From Escherichia coli 042 (GTDB lineage Bacteria; Pseudomonadota; Gammaproteobacteria; Enterobacterales; Enterobacteriaceae), in NCBI RefSeq assembly GCF_000027125.1, contig NC_017626.1: a DNA stretch of 64,000 bases; one strand, written 5' to 3'. The notes below the pieces were generated by a model. It searched no databases, had not been told where the DNA came from, and saw only the letters and a list, made by a program, of their open reading frames with translations. Each line of letters opens with the position of its first letter. The first letter of the stretch is position 1. This document shows positions 1 to 10,143 of the stretch, piece by piece. A program made the translations under genes and the position numbers.

Positions 1-1
1 G

Positions 2-1042
2 AAATTTACCCAGCAACGCCCTCATGCGCCGACCGATTACATGGAAGCGTTGCAAACCGATGGGCAGTTTGATTACGCAGCAAGCCTGGTTAAATCCCTT
101 GCCTCTCTGCTGGTAGTAACCAGCGGCAGTGCAATTGGTCGCGAAGGTGCGATGATTCTTTTAGCTGCCCTTGCTGCCTCCTATTTTGCGCAACGTTTTA
201 CGCCACGCCAGGAGTGGAAATTTTGGATCGCCTGTGGAGCTGCGGCGGGAATGGCTGCGGCCTATCGTGCCCCGCTTGCTGGCAGTTTATTTATAGCCGA
301 AGTGCTGTTTGGCACTATGATGTTGGCCTCTCTCGGCCCGGTGATTATTTCCGCCGTCGTGGCGTTGCTGGTTAGCAATCTGATTAATCATAGCGACGCG
401 TTACTCTACAGCGTACAACTCTCAGTGACGGTTCAGGCTCGTGACTATGCGCTGATTATCAGTACAGGTGTGCTGGCAGGTCTGTGCGGACCACTGTTGT
501 TAACGTTGATGAACGCCTGTCATCGTGGATTTGTAAGTCTCAAGCTTGCGCCGCCCTGGCAACTGGCACTGGGCGGGTTGATCGTGGGTCTGCTTTCCCT
601 GTTCACACCTGCAGTGTGGGGCAACGGCTATAGCACCGTACAATCCTTTTTAACCGCTCCGCCACTGTTAATGATCATTGCCGGGATCTTCCTCTGTAAA
701 CTGTTTGCCGTGCTGGCGAGTAGTGGTTCTGGCGCGCCCGGTGGTGTCTTTACACCGACGCTATTTATCGGTCTTGCCATTGGCATGTTGTATGGTCGTA
801 GCCTGGGATTATGGTTCCCTGATGGCGAAGAAATGACGCTTTTACTCGGATTGACCGGGATGGCGACACTGTTGGCGGCAACCACGCACGCGCCGATTAT
901 GTCGACGTTGATGATATGTGAAATGACCGGGGAATATCAGCTACTCCCCGGTTTATTGATTGCCTGCGTAATTGCGTCGGTAATTTCGCGGACGTTACAC
1001 CGTGACTCTATCTACCGCCAGCACACTGCGCAGCATAGCTAA
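2..1042 (+). CDS. clcB: ClC-family chloride channel, 5' end cut by window edge
   Basis: ORF 41..1042 extends in frame to position 2; translation matches remembered E. coli ClcB C-terminal two-thirds; synteny with bioD2/mlc. Confidence 0.9.
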   Translation, partial: KFTQQRPHAPTDYMEALQTDGQFDYAASLVKSLASLLVVTSGSAIGREGAMILLAALAASYFAQRFTPRQEWKFWIACGAAAGMAAAYRAPLAGSLFIAEVLFGTMMLASLGPVIISAVVALLVSNLINHSDALLYSVQLSVTVQARDYALIISTGVLAGLCGPLLLTLMNACHRGFVSLKLAPPWQLALGGLIVGLLSLFTPAVWGNGYSTVQSFLTAPPLLMIIAGIFLCKLFAVLASSGSGAPGGVFTPTLFIGLAIGMLYGRSLGLWFPDGEEMTLLLGLTGMATLLAATTHAPIMSTLMICEMTGEYQLLPGLLIACVIASVISRTLHRDSIYRQHTAQHS

Positions 1043-1690
1043 GCGGATGTATTGCCCCAGTTCACGCTGTTCGGCGCGCGGCAGATAAGGCAGTTCACCA
1101 ATGAGCGGTGCCGGAAGTTTTTTACCCAGCACATCAATGATTTCCGCATAATGCGCCAGTCCTGGATTGATTCGGTTAGCCACCCAGCCAATGAGCGGCA
1201 GCCCGTCGTTGGCAATCGCCTGAGCTGTTAGTAGTGCATGGTTAATGCAACCTTCCTGAATACCGACAACCATCAATACCGGCAGTTGTTCCTGCACCAC
1301 CCATTCAGAGAGTGGACGCAAATCATTCATCAGACTGCGCCAGCCGCCAGTCCCTTCTACCACGACATGATCGACTTTTTCGGTCAGGTTTGCCAGGCCG
1401 TTTGAAATGAGGGTGTAATTGATTGGGCAACTGTGCGCCACGCTACTTTCTTCTTCGCTTAACGCGATAGGATTAACTGCTTCATAAGGCAGTTCGATGG
1501 TTGAAACACTCTGCAACACCAGGGCATCTTTATTACGCAGCCCTTCGGGTGTCTCTTTGCTCCCCTTCGCTACGGGTTTATATCCCGCAACCGTTTTTCC
1601 CTGGGAGGCTAACGCTTGTAGCAATGCGCGGGAAACCACCGTTTTCCCTACAGAAGTGTCTGTACCGGTAATAAAGAAACGCTTCAGCAT
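995..1690 (-). CDS. bioD2: dethiobiotin synthetase paralog
   Basis: ORF 995..1702; P-loop GTDTSVGKT; K-12 YnfK starts MLKRFF (internal Met, so start set to 1690). Confidence 0.85.
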
Positions 1691-1814
1691 CACTAACTCC
1701 ACCGTTATGCTTCACAAATATAAACTAGGAAAATAATTAACTTTGAAAGTCTAAGTTATGCTTTCCTGGCCCAAATTGAGATAGCGCAAATTTTGGTAGA
1801 ACAGTTAAAAAATG

Positions 1815-3035
1815 TTAACCCTGCAACAGACGAATCAACAAAGAACCGTTATACATCGCGTCTTTTACCAGCGCAGCCCCTGCCATCGTACCCTGGTTAG
1901 AAAACTGAGTACTCTCAACGCTAATGTGCTGACTATACGCAGGAAGGGCCTGCTGACGGATGCTGTCCGAGATGACCGGGAAGAGGATATCTGCCGCTTT
2001 ACTTAACGGTGAGCCAATCAGTATTTTTTGTGGGTTAAATAAATTCACCATGATGGCAAGAATGCGCCCGACATGCGCGCCCACCCCGGTAATGATGTCT
2101 TTTGCCAGCAGATCGCCGCGCAATGCCGCCTGACACAATGAGTCCACGGTTAACGGCTGTCCATGTAACATCGAGCTCATGGATTGATTGAGACGCAGCT
2201 GTGCCAGCTCAAGAATACTGTCCACACTGGCGATGGTTTCGAGGCAGCCGTGATTCCCGCAATAACAACGTTTCCCATACGGGTCGACCTGTGTGTGGCC
2301 TATTTCCACGAGACTACTGCTGCCTGCGTGTAGCAGATGACCATCGGTAATGACGCCCGCCCCCACGTTGTGATCGATAACCACCTGAATCACATCGCGC
2401 GCCCCGCGTGAGGCACCAAACAAGGCCTCAGCCATCGTCCATGCGCTGATATCATGCTGAATATAAACCGGTACGCCGGTATGCTGCTCCAGCGCCTCGC
2501 CGAGCGGCATCTCTTTTACATCCTCGTAGAACGGCATGCGATGTACAATACCATTTTCCGTATCAATAATTCCCGGCAAGGTAATGGCAATCGAAGTCAG
2601 ACGCTCAAGTTTTTTCTGATGGCGGATAAAAAACTGATCGATATGGGAAATAATACGATCCAGCAATGGCAAGTCATCTTTTAACGCCAGTTCCTGCGAC
2701 TCTTCCACCACCAGTTTGCTGCTCAGATCGCGCAGAGCAAGGAAAATCTCCCCGCGACTAATGCGCAGAGAAAGATAGTGCCAGGCTTCAGTTTCAACCA
2801 CCAGCCCCACCGCCGGACGGCCACGGTTCCCCGCTTCTTTGATTTCCAGCTCTTGCACCAGGTGTGCTTCGAGCATCTCACGGACAATTTTAGTGATACT
2901 GGCAGGAGCCAGTTGCGCCAGACGGGAAAGATCGATACGCGAGACTGGACCAAGCTGATCAATCAGGCGATAAACCGCGCCCGCGTTGGTCTGCTTTATT
3001 TGATCAATGTGCCCAGGCTGGTTTTCAGCAACCAC
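1815..3035 (-). CDS. mlc: ROK-family glucose-responsive transcriptional repressor Mlc
   Basis: 406 aa ORF matching remembered Mlc sequence (MVAENQPGHIDQIK...). Confidence 0.92.
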   Translation of the reverse strand: MVAENQPGHIDQIKQTNAGAVYRLIDQLGPVSRIDLSRLAQLAPASITKIVREMLEAHLVQELEIKEAGNRGRPAVGLVVETEAWHYLSLRISRGEIFLALRDLSSKLVVEESQELALKDDLPLLDRIISHIDQFFIRHQKKLERLTSIAITLPGIIDTENGIVHRMPFYEDVKEMPLGEALEQHTGVPVYIQHDISAWTMAEALFGASRGARDVIQVVIDHNVGAGVITDGHLLHAGSSSLVEIGHTQVDPYGKRCYCGNHGCLETIASVDSILELAQLRLNQSMSSMLHGQPLTVDSLCQAALRGDLLAKDIITGVGAHVGRILAIMVNLFNPQKILIGSPLSKAADILFPVISDSIRQQALPAYSQHISVESTQFSNQGTMAGAALVKDAMYNGSLLIRLLQG

Positions 3036-3169
3036 CGCATACTCCCTATATTTTCGCGCTCCGAAATAATCTGTAGGCTATGGTGAAGCACTTCAATACG
3101 TGTCGTCAAATTTTTACTTAGGCATGTGATTAACAGCACATTTTTCGGGCTTTTTCGCTGAAATTTCCC

Positions 3170-4063
3170 TCACCTGAGAGCATTCAGCAGATGAATACGA
3201 AAGTTACGCGCAGCTGGACTTTGTTCATGATGTTTCGGCCAGACCAACCACATTTCAGAAACTGCATCCTCTTCAGCAATCGGCACCCAGCGCATTTCGT
3301 TGAGCTGAACACGTTTAAATGACGCAGGCAAAATTGAAACACCCAGACCGGCGGAAACCAGACCGATGATGGTCATTGCCTCGCCCACCTCCTGAGTGAT
3401 GACGGGCGTCAAATGGTAACGTCGCATCAGTCCGAGAATATCGTCATACAGCCCTGTCCCTACATGCGGATCAAAAAAGACAAAGGGTTCTTTCGCCAGT
3501 TCAGCCAGCGTTACATTCGGGTTATTTGCCAGGGGATGATCGTGCGGGATCATCGCCATAAGCGGTTCATGGACGATGACTGCGTGTTCAAGCGTCTCCG
3601 GTAACGCTGTGTTACGCAGCAATCCCATATCCAGCGTTCCTTCAATGAGCGGGGCGATTTGCTCGCGAGTGTTCATTTCGCGGGTTTGTAAATGGACATC
3701 AGGATAATCACGGCGAAACAGCGATAACGTATCGGACACCGCCCGAATAAAAGGAGCGGACGAAGTAAAACCAATGCGCAACTCCCCCGCTTCGCCCTGA
3801 TGCAGCCTTTCAGCGCGAGCGGCAGCGTCATCCACCATAGACAGGATTTGCCGACTATCTGCAAGAAACTGTTTTCCTGCTGCCGTCAGCAATACACTGC
3901 GATTGGTCCGTGCCAGCAGTCGGGCACCGATTTGTTGCTCCAGTGCCTGAATCTGCTGACTTAGCGGCGGTTGCGAAATATTCAGGCGGGCAGCCGCGCG
4001 CCCAAAATGCAGCTCTTCCGCAACAGCAACAAAGTAACGCAGATGACGAAGTTCAATATTCAT
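3170..4063 (-). CDS. ynfL: LysR-family transcriptional regulator
   Basis: 297 aa, N-terminal LysR HTH (MNIELRHLRYFVAVAEELHFGRAA); divergent from ynfM as in K-12. Confidence 0.85.
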   Translation of the reverse strand: MNIELRHLRYFVAVAEELHFGRAAARLNISQPPLSQQIQALEQQIGARLLARTNRSVLLTAAGKQFLADSRQILSMVDDAAARAERLHQGEAGELRIGFTSSAPFIRAVSDTLSLFRRDYPDVHLQTREMNTREQIAPLIEGTLDMGLLRNTALPETLEHAVIVHEPLMAMIPHDHPLANNPNVTLAELAKEPFVFFDPHVGTGLYDDILGLMRRYHLTPVITQEVGEAMTIIGLVSAGLGVSILPASFKRVQLNEMRWVPIAEEDAVSEMWLVWPKHHEQSPAARNFRIHLLNALR

Positions 4064-4169
4064 ATTTAAAACATCTTATTTGAGATTATTAATATATTAG
4101 ACAGAACAATTCCATTTTCCTACCCTATGTATAAACCTGATCCACAGGCATACTTAGCAAGGATTTCAA

Positions 4170-5423
4170 GTGAGCCGTACTACAACTGTTGATGGCGCTC
4201 CGGCAAGCGACACTGACAAGCAAAGCATTTCTCAGCCAAATCAATTTATTAAACGCGGTACGCCGCAATTTATGCGCGTCACCCTGGCGCTGTTCTCTGC
4301 CGGACTGGCAACCTTCGCACTTCTCTATTGTGTGCAACCTATCCTTCCGGTGCTTTCACAAGAGTTTGGCTTAACGCCTGCTAACAGTAGTATTTCACTG
4401 TCCATTTCAACGGCGATGTTGGCTATCGGTTTGCTGTTTACTGGCCCGCTATCCGATGCCATTGGTCGCAAACCAGTGATGGTCACGGCGCTACTGTTGG
4501 CCTCCATTTGTACGTTACTTTCGACAATGATGACCAGCTGGCACGGCATTTTGATTATGCGCGCCTTGATTGGGCTTTCGTTAAGTGGCGTGGCAGCTGT
4601 TGGCATGACTTATCTTAGCGAGGAAATCCACCCCAGTTTCGTGGCCTTTTCGATGGGGTTGTATATCAGCGGCAACTCAATTGGCGGTATGAGCGGACGC
4701 TTAATTAGCGGTGTCTTCACGGACTTTTTCAACTGGCGAATTGCTTTGGCGGCAATCGGTTGTTTCGCGCTGGCCTCGGCGTTGATGTTCTGGAAAATCC
4801 TCCCGGAATCACGCCATTTTCGCCCGACTTCACTGCGCCCTAAGACGTTATTCATCAACTTTCGTCTGCACTGGCGTGACCGGGGATTACCGTTATTGTT
4901 CGCAGAAGGCTTTTTGCTGATGGGGTCGTTCGTCACGCTGTTTAATTACATCGGCTATCGGTTGATGCTCTCTCCCTGGCATGTCAGCCAGGCCGTGGTT
5001 GGCTTATTATCGCTGGCCTATTTGACCGGTACATGGAGCTCCCCCAAAGCCGGAACCATGACCACCCGCTATGGGCGCGGTCCGGTGATGTTGTTTTCGA
5101 CGGGGGTTATGCTGTTTGGTTTACTGATGACCTTATTTAGCTCGCTGTGGCTGATCTTTGCCGGAATGTTACTCTTCTCAGCCGGATTCTTCGCAGCCCA
5201 CTCAGTAGCCAGCAGCTGGATCGGCCCCCGCGCAAAACGCGCTAAAGGCCAGGCCTCCTCGCTGTATCTGTTCAGTTACTATCTGGGGTCGAGTATTGCC
5301 GGGACGCTGGGTGGTGTTTTCTGGCATAACTATGGCTGGAACGGCGTCGGCGCATTTATTGCTCTGATGCTGGTCATTGCTCTGCTGGTCGGGACGAGTT
5401 TGCATCGTCGTCTGCACGCCTGA
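4170..5423 (+). CDS. ynfM: MFS transporter
   Basis: 417 aa polytopic membrane protein; K-12 synteny. Confidence 0.85.
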   Translation: MSRTTTVDGAPASDTDKQSISQPNQFIKRGTPQFMRVTLALFSAGLATFALLYCVQPILPVLSQEFGLTPANSSISLSISTAMLAIGLLFTGPLSDAIGRKPVMVTALLLASICTLLSTMMTSWHGILIMRALIGLSLSGVAAVGMTYLSEEIHPSFVAFSMGLYISGNSIGGMSGRLISGVFTDFFNWRIALAAIGCFALASALMFWKILPESRHFRPTSLRPKTLFINFRLHWRDRGLPLLFAEGFLLMGSFVTLFNYIGYRLMLSPWHVSQAVVGLLSLAYLTGTWSSPKAGTMTTRYGRGPVMLFSTGVMLFGLLMTLFSSLWLIFAGMLLFSAGFFAAHSVASSWIGPRAKRAKGQASSLYLFSYYLGSSIAGTLGGVFWHNYGWNGVGAFIALMLVIALLVGTSLHRRLHA

Positions 5424-5846
5424 AAAATAAGTCCGGACTGCGGTAAATACCCATCCGGACTTATTGCCTGCTCAAACCAACGTTAATAGCCATCCTAAAA
5501 TAGACGAAGCGCCAGCCAATTCCCGCAGCGCATCTAGCGTCATCAGGATTATAAGTACCCAAATAAACGGATTCATTTTGCTGTGTGTCATTTATTACTG
5601 ATGCGCAGTTATTCTACCGCTTTGTAAGTAGTAAAATAGTTAACCTGATCAAGACTACTATTATTGGTAGCTAAATTTCCCTTAAGTCACAATACGTTAT
5701 TATCAACGCTGTAATTTATTCAGCGTTTGTACATATCGTTACACGCTGAAACCAACCACTCACGGAAGTCTGCCATTCCCAGGGATATAGTTATTTCAAC
5801 GGCCCCGCAGTGGGGTTAAATGAAAAAACAAATTGAGGGTATGACA

Positions 5847-6155
5847 ATGAAAAAAGTATTAGCTCTGGTTGTTGCCGCTGCTATGGGTCTGTCTTCTGCT
5901 GCCTTTGCTGCAGAGACTGCGACCACACCTGCTCCGACTGCGACGACCACCAAAGCAGCGCCGGCGAAAACCACACATCATAAAAAACAGCATAAAGCAG
6001 CACCTGCCCAGAAAGCGCAGGCGGCTAAAAAGCATCATAAAAATGCCAAAGCTGAACAGAAAGCTCCTGAACAAAAAGCGCAGGCAGCGAAGAAACACGC
6101 CAAGAAACACAGCCATCAGCAACCGGCAAAACCTGCTGCACAACCCGCAGCGTAA
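5847..6155 (+). CDS. asr: acid shock protein (periplasmic, Lys/His/Ala-rich)
   Basis: ORF 5820..6155; K-12 Asr begins [21 protein letters not shown] (internal Met at 5847); signal peptide plus [12 protein letters not shown] repeats. Confidence 0.88.
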   Translation: MKKVLALVVAAAMGLSSAAFAAETATTPAPTATTTKAAPAKTTHHKKQHKAAPAQKAQAAKKHHKNAKAEQKAPEQKAQAAKKHAKKHSHQQPAKPAAQPAA

Positions 6156-6247
6156 GTTATCAATAGTAATGCTGGCGCGCCCCCTCGCGCCTGAAAATTA
6201 CGGTGCTAAGCGGATAACGTTTAGCACCGCCTTTAGCGGAGGGTAGT

Positions 6248-6331
6248 ATGGTGGGCCGTTATCGCTTTGAGTTCATTCTTATCATCCTTATTTTATGCGC
6301 ACTGATTGCCGCCCGTTTTTATCTTTCCTGA
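6248..6331 (+). CDS. ydgU: small membrane protein YdgU (27 aa)
   Basis: Short ORF MVGRYRFEFILIILILCALIAARFYLS between asr and ydgD; matches remembered YdgU; too short for the ORF track. Confidence 0.55.
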   Translation: MVGRYRFEFILIILILCALIAARFYLS

Positions 6332-6430
6332 TCGTAGTTATCTGATTTTACTCCCACTTTCATCCCGTCCCGTCTATAGTATTTATGAGGGTTTGCTTTT
6401 AATAATCATAATTACCCACCAGAGTGTGAT

Positions 6431-7252
6431 ATGCGTACAACCATTGCTGTAGTGTTGGGTGCAATTAGTTTGACGTCTGCTTTTGTGTTTGCAGATAAAC
6501 CAGACGTTGCCAAATCGGCAAACGATGAGGTCAGCACCCTGTTTTTTGGTCATGATGATCGTGTGCCAGTGAATGACACGACCCAATCACCGTGGGATGC
6601 GGTTGGCCAACTGGAAACGGCCAGCGGCAATTTATGTACGGCGACGCTGATTGCACCCAATCTGGCATTAACGGCAGGACACTGTTTATTGACGCCGCCA
6701 AAGGGTAAAGCCGATAAAGCGGTAGCGCTGCGTTTCGTGTCAAATAAAGGTCTTTGGCGCTATGAGATCCACGACATAGAAGGCCGCGTTGATCCGACAC
6801 TGGGAAAGCGGTTAAAAGCAGATGGGGATGGCTGGATTGTACCTCCCGCAGCTGCGCCCTGGGATTTCGGTTTGATTGTGCTACGTAATCCCCCTTCTGG
6901 CATTACACCGTTGCCGTTATTTGAGGGAGATAAAGCCGCGCTTACCGCCGCATTAAAAGAGGCAGGTCGTAAAGTGACTCAGGCGGGATACCCTGAAGAT
7001 CATCTCGATACGTTGTACAGTCATCAAAACTGTGAAGTGACTGGCTGGGCGCAAACGTCGGTGATGTCGCATCAGTGCGATACCTTGCCGGGTGACAGCG
7101 GTTCGCCTCTGATGTTGCATACCGATGACGGCTGGCAATTAATTGGGGTGCAAAGTTCGGCTCCTGCCGCGAAAGATCGCTGGCGCGCCGATAACCGGGC
7201 CATTTCTGTTACCGGTTTTCGCGACAGGCTGGATCAACTGTCGCAAAAATAA
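6431..7252 (+). CDS. ydgD: secreted trypsin-like serine protease
   Basis: 273 aa, signal peptide, TAGHC and GDSGSPL catalytic motifs. Confidence 0.88.
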   Translation: MRTTIAVVLGAISLTSAFVFADKPDVAKSANDEVSTLFFGHDDRVPVNDTTQSPWDAVGQLETASGNLCTATLIAPNLALTAGHCLLTPPKGKADKAVALRFVSNKGLWRYEIHDIEGRVDPTLGKRLKADGDGWIVPPAAAPWDFGLIVLRNPPSGITPLPLFEGDKAALTAALKEAGRKVTQAGYPEDHLDTLYSHQNCEVTGWAQTSVMSHQCDTLPGDSGSPLMLHTDDGWQLIGVQSSAPAAKDRWRADNRAISVTGFRDRLDQLSQK

Positions 7253-7257
7253 TGTTC

Positions 7258-7283
7258 AAACGCTGCCCGACAGCGCGGGCAGC
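7258..7283. terminator. hairpin between convergent ydgD and mdtI (approximate coordinates)
   Basis: cgctgcccg-acag-cgggcagcg inverted repeat. Confidence 0.5.
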
Positions 7284-7290
7284 GTGTTCA

Positions 7291-7620
7291 TCAGGCAAGT
7301 TTCACCATGATCATTCCAGCCAACAGCAAGACCAGGCCAATCCAGCCTTTACGATTTAACCGTTGACCAAACAAGATCCAACCTGCGGCTAACGTGGCGG
7401 CAATACCAAACCCGCCCCACAATGCATAAGCGACAGACAAGTCGATCCCTTTAACGGCCTGAGAAAGCGCACTAAAGGCAGCCAGCACCGCCGACAGGGA
7501 GAGCAAGCCAAATATTTTGCGACGAAAGCCGTCAGAAAATTTCAAAAAGACGTTAGCAACGATTTCCAGCACGATTGCCAATGCCAGCCAGGCGGCGTGA
7601 ACCCATTCAAACTGCGCCAT
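7291..7620 (-). CDS. mdtI: SMR-family spermidine exporter subunit
   Basis: 109 aa small multidrug resistance fold; K-12 synteny. Confidence 0.9.
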
Positions 7621-7972
7621 GGTTCACCTCCAGTTCAGGTTTACGCGCTTTACGGGTACCTGATTTGATCAATACAATCCCGGCCACCAGGGTGGTTAAC
7701 CCGGCAATTTTCATCAGCGATAAACTTTCGTCGAATAACAAAACGCTAAACAAGGTAATAAATAAAATACCGATACCTTCCCACAGCGCATAAGCCACGC
7801 CTAAGGCGATTTTTTTAACGGCGAAAGAGAGAAATATATACGACAGAGAAATCATCACCAGCATTAAAATAAAGCCGCCATTTCCCTCACTGACGCTCGC
7901 CCATTTCATGGACAGCGTACCGGTAATTTCTGTAGCAATAGCCAGGCCTAATAAAATCCAATAAATATACAT
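7607..7972 (-). CDS. mdtJ: SMR-family spermidine exporter subunit
   Basis: 121 aa; overlaps mdtI start as in K-12. Confidence 0.9.
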
Positions 7973-8383
7973 TGTCCTTCTCCTGCAAGAGAATTATTTT
8001 AATTTTCGCTTAATTCAGCGAAACCAAAGTAAAGTGGTCAAGCCCCGCGCTTAGCGCAAGCTTTGGCAGAAGAAAGGACTAAAGCGCGTTGCGCCAGTGC
8101 TGCTCACCTACGAGCAAGATAGTGGATGAGGTACGAAGATGGGTAAATGTAGAAAATAACGTCCTGAACAAATTGTCCATAATATTACAATTATCCGCAG
8201 TGTTGCTTCTCGTCATCGCGGATGATAATTGTCCTCGGTAGTTGAACACGCCTGATTTGTATCATAGCTTAAGAATTAACTCAAAATATTTTCACTTCTT
8301 TACCTGAGCGGTTTGATTTTCGTTATGATGACGGAGCGAAAAAGACATTATTATTAGCAAAGGAAGAAAAAACGGGGACAAGC

Positions 8384-8530
8384 ATGGCAAAGCCGATCAT
8401 CACGCTCAATGGCCTAAAAATCGTCATTATGTTGGGAATGCTGGTCATTATTCTCTGCGGTATCCGTTTTGCCGCCGAGATCATCGTGCCGTTTATTCTC
8501 GCATTATTTATTGCTGTTATATATAACTAA
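8384..8530 (+). pseudogene. tqsA: tqsA 5' fragment (codons 1–45) ending at the island junction
   Basis: Encodes [45 protein letters not shown] then IYN-stop from island DNA; remainder of tqsA resumes at 19546. Confidence 0.8.
8512..8520. repeat. attL core (TGCTGTTAT)
   Basis: Identical 9-mer at 19546..19554; lies at tqsA codons 44–46. Confidence 0.7.
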
Positions 8531-8591
8531 TTTCACTTAACGCATTGATTTAATTAAATGATTTGCACTACAAAAAGTGCCATAAATCGCA

Positions 8592-8650
8592 AAATGACTA
8601 CACCAGTGACTACACCGTTCGGTGCACTGTATGAAACAACGTGGAACAAA
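8592..8650. promoter_or_regulatory. arm-type repeat block (GACTACACC x2), homologous to block near attR
   Basis: atGACTACACCagtGACTACACCg plus shared flanking motifs, matching 19391..19460. Confidence 0.5.
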
Positions 8651-8929
8651 TAGACACAAGAAATATACAGGCGGGTCATCTTTCCAGGGGGAAGCGCGCT
8701 AATTCATGAGGGGCGTTAATGTTGATATGGGGATCCCCATAACGGGGCTACCGGATTTTTTTTCCGGTTAACTGTTAATCAGGCTGGTGGGCTTTACCTG
8801 TTTTGTAGGAGTGGTCATTATGACCATTCAGACAATGACCTTAATCAGAACTTTTCGCTAAAAAATGACGTTGGTCACGTCGTCCGGAAAGCACAAAATC
8901 CCGTCAATTTTTAATTAACGGTTAAACCG

Positions 8930-8990
8930 TCTTTTGTCACGGCGTGTCACTGGTTGTCACTCTCCGTCACGGTATGTCGCTACTCGTTAA
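8930..8990. repeat. helically phased TGTCAC/GTCAC array (about 5 copies)
   Basis: tgtcacggcgtgtcactggttgtcactctccgtcacggtatgtcgc, ~10–11 bp spacing; at 3' end of the leftmost island gene. Confidence 0.45.
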
Positions 8991-9268
8991 CGCCGTAACC
9001 GCTCCGGCTTCTTCCAGTGGTACGTAATTTTCTCCGTTTCCCGATACAGTGCCACGCGGCGATTGTAGGCCAGCATTTCAAGAACGCGGATCCGTATGTT
9101 GCGCATATCCACATCATTAAGCTGGATACCATCACGGCGCATCACCTCAGCAACCACACGCGCGTAATTTTCGGCGGTCACGCTGTCCGGCTGCGTGGCC
9201 TGTTCGTCATGCTGCTGGCTGATTCCGGTAACGCGGCGGATTAATCCCAGTAGTTCGGCTTCTGTCAT
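8987..9268 (-). CDS. hypothetical protein (93 aa)
   Basis: ORF 8987..9466 trimmed to Met MTEAELLG; upstream part of the track ORF is read-through of the cos repeat. Confidence 0.45.
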   Translation of the reverse strand: MTEAELLGLIRRVTGISQQHDEQATQPDSVTAENYARVVAEVMRRDGIQLNDVDMRNIRIRVLEMLAYNRRVALYRETEKITYHWKKPERLRR

Positions 9269-9301
9269 TGTGCCCCCATCGCTCTGATAGTCTGGTGTCG
9301 T

Positions 9302-9365
9302 CGGGTCCTTCCTGGAATTATGGCCCGTTACGGGGCGGCGACCTCGCGCGTTTTCACTATTTATG
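9302..9365 (+). other. lambda-type cos site, copy A (cosN GGGCGGCGACCT at 9333..9344)
   Basis: cgggtccttcc...gttacg|GGGCGGCGACCT|cgcgcgttttcactatttatgaaaattttt matches remembered lambda cosQ–cosN–left-end sequence. Confidence 0.75.
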
Positions 9366-9547
9366 AAAATTTTTCGGGATCCATGTCCGGTTTCTCTGCA
9401 AGTTAACCATATGAAAAATATAAAAACATGCTTTCCATGAACCGGACATGCGCAAAAAACAGACACTAAAACCGGACATCGAACCAGTTAACCGAAAGTG
9501 TGCACAAATCACATGCATTGCTGCGAGTGATTAACAAGTTATCGGCT

Positions 9548-9982
9548 TTACTGTTCTGTATCGGCTGATTGCTCCATGCTGGCACGGCGAACGCTTATGG
9601 CATGACGCCACCCAGCCAGAAAGCCAGCCATTTTATTTCGTGCCTTGCTCACATCTTCCGGTGAATAGCCGTAAATCTGCAAACCTTCATCAAATCGATG
9701 TTCTGTTTCTTCACTGGAGTACTCGTCACGCTCAGATGAAAGCAGCCTGGCAAACATAATTTTTTCCAGCGCACTGGTTTCTACGTGATATCTGATGGTC
9801 TCAAGACGGCTTTTACCTGAAGACCAAAGCAATGTATGCCCGATGTGATAACCGCCAGACTTTCCGCGATCCGCATTAAGATACGGCATCCCCTGTTTGG
9901 TCCATGCGCGAATAGTGGTTCTGTTAACCTTGAAATGTTCAGCTATTTCCTGCTGACTTACAAAACAAGCTTTATCAATCAT
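9548..9982 (-). CDS. Nu1-like small terminase homolog (N-terminal HTH); possible packaging-redirecting protein
   Basis: 144 aa; VSQQEIAEHFKVNRTTIRAWTKQGMP resembles lambda Nu1 VNKKQLADIFGASIRTIQNWQEQGMP; flanked by cos copies. Confidence 0.7.
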   Translation of the reverse strand: MIDKACFVSQQEIAEHFKVNRTTIRAWTKQGMPYLNADRGKSGGYHIGHTLLWSSGKSRLETIRYHVETSALEKIMFARLLSSERDEYSSEETEHRFDEGLQIYGYSPEDVSKARNKMAGFLAGWRHAISVRRASMEQSADTEQ

Positions 9983-10050
9983 AATGTTACCTTAACTGCA
10001 TGGTTAAATATTAATCAAGTGGTGGTGGTGTCACCTTCACGGAAAAACGT

Positions 10051-10114
10051 CATAAATAGCGAAAACCCGCGAGGTCGCCGCCCCGTAACGGGCCATAATT
10101 CCAGGAAGGACCCG
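10051..10114 (-). other. lambda-type cos site, copy B (cosN at 10072..10083), inverted relative to copy A
   Basis: Reverse complement is cgggtccttcctggaattatggcccgttacgGGGCGGCGACCTcgcgggttttcgctatttatg; ~90 bp upstream of the Nu1-like start. Confidence 0.75.
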
Positions 10115-10117
10115 TAA

Positions 10118-10138
10118 AAAAGCCGGATTTCTCCGGCC
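10118..10138 (-). terminator. rho-independent terminator after the 137-aa gene
   Basis: Minus strand gccggagaaatccggc followed by T-run; same hairpin recurs near 12390 and 12759. Confidence 0.6.
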
Positions 10139-10143
10139 TTGTC

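Noticed and set aside
9302-10114. Inverted repeat flanking the Nu1-like gene as an IS element or MITE
   Set aside because: The arms match lambda cos rather than transposon ends, no transposase is enclosed and there are no target-site duplications; interpreted as duplicated cos sites.
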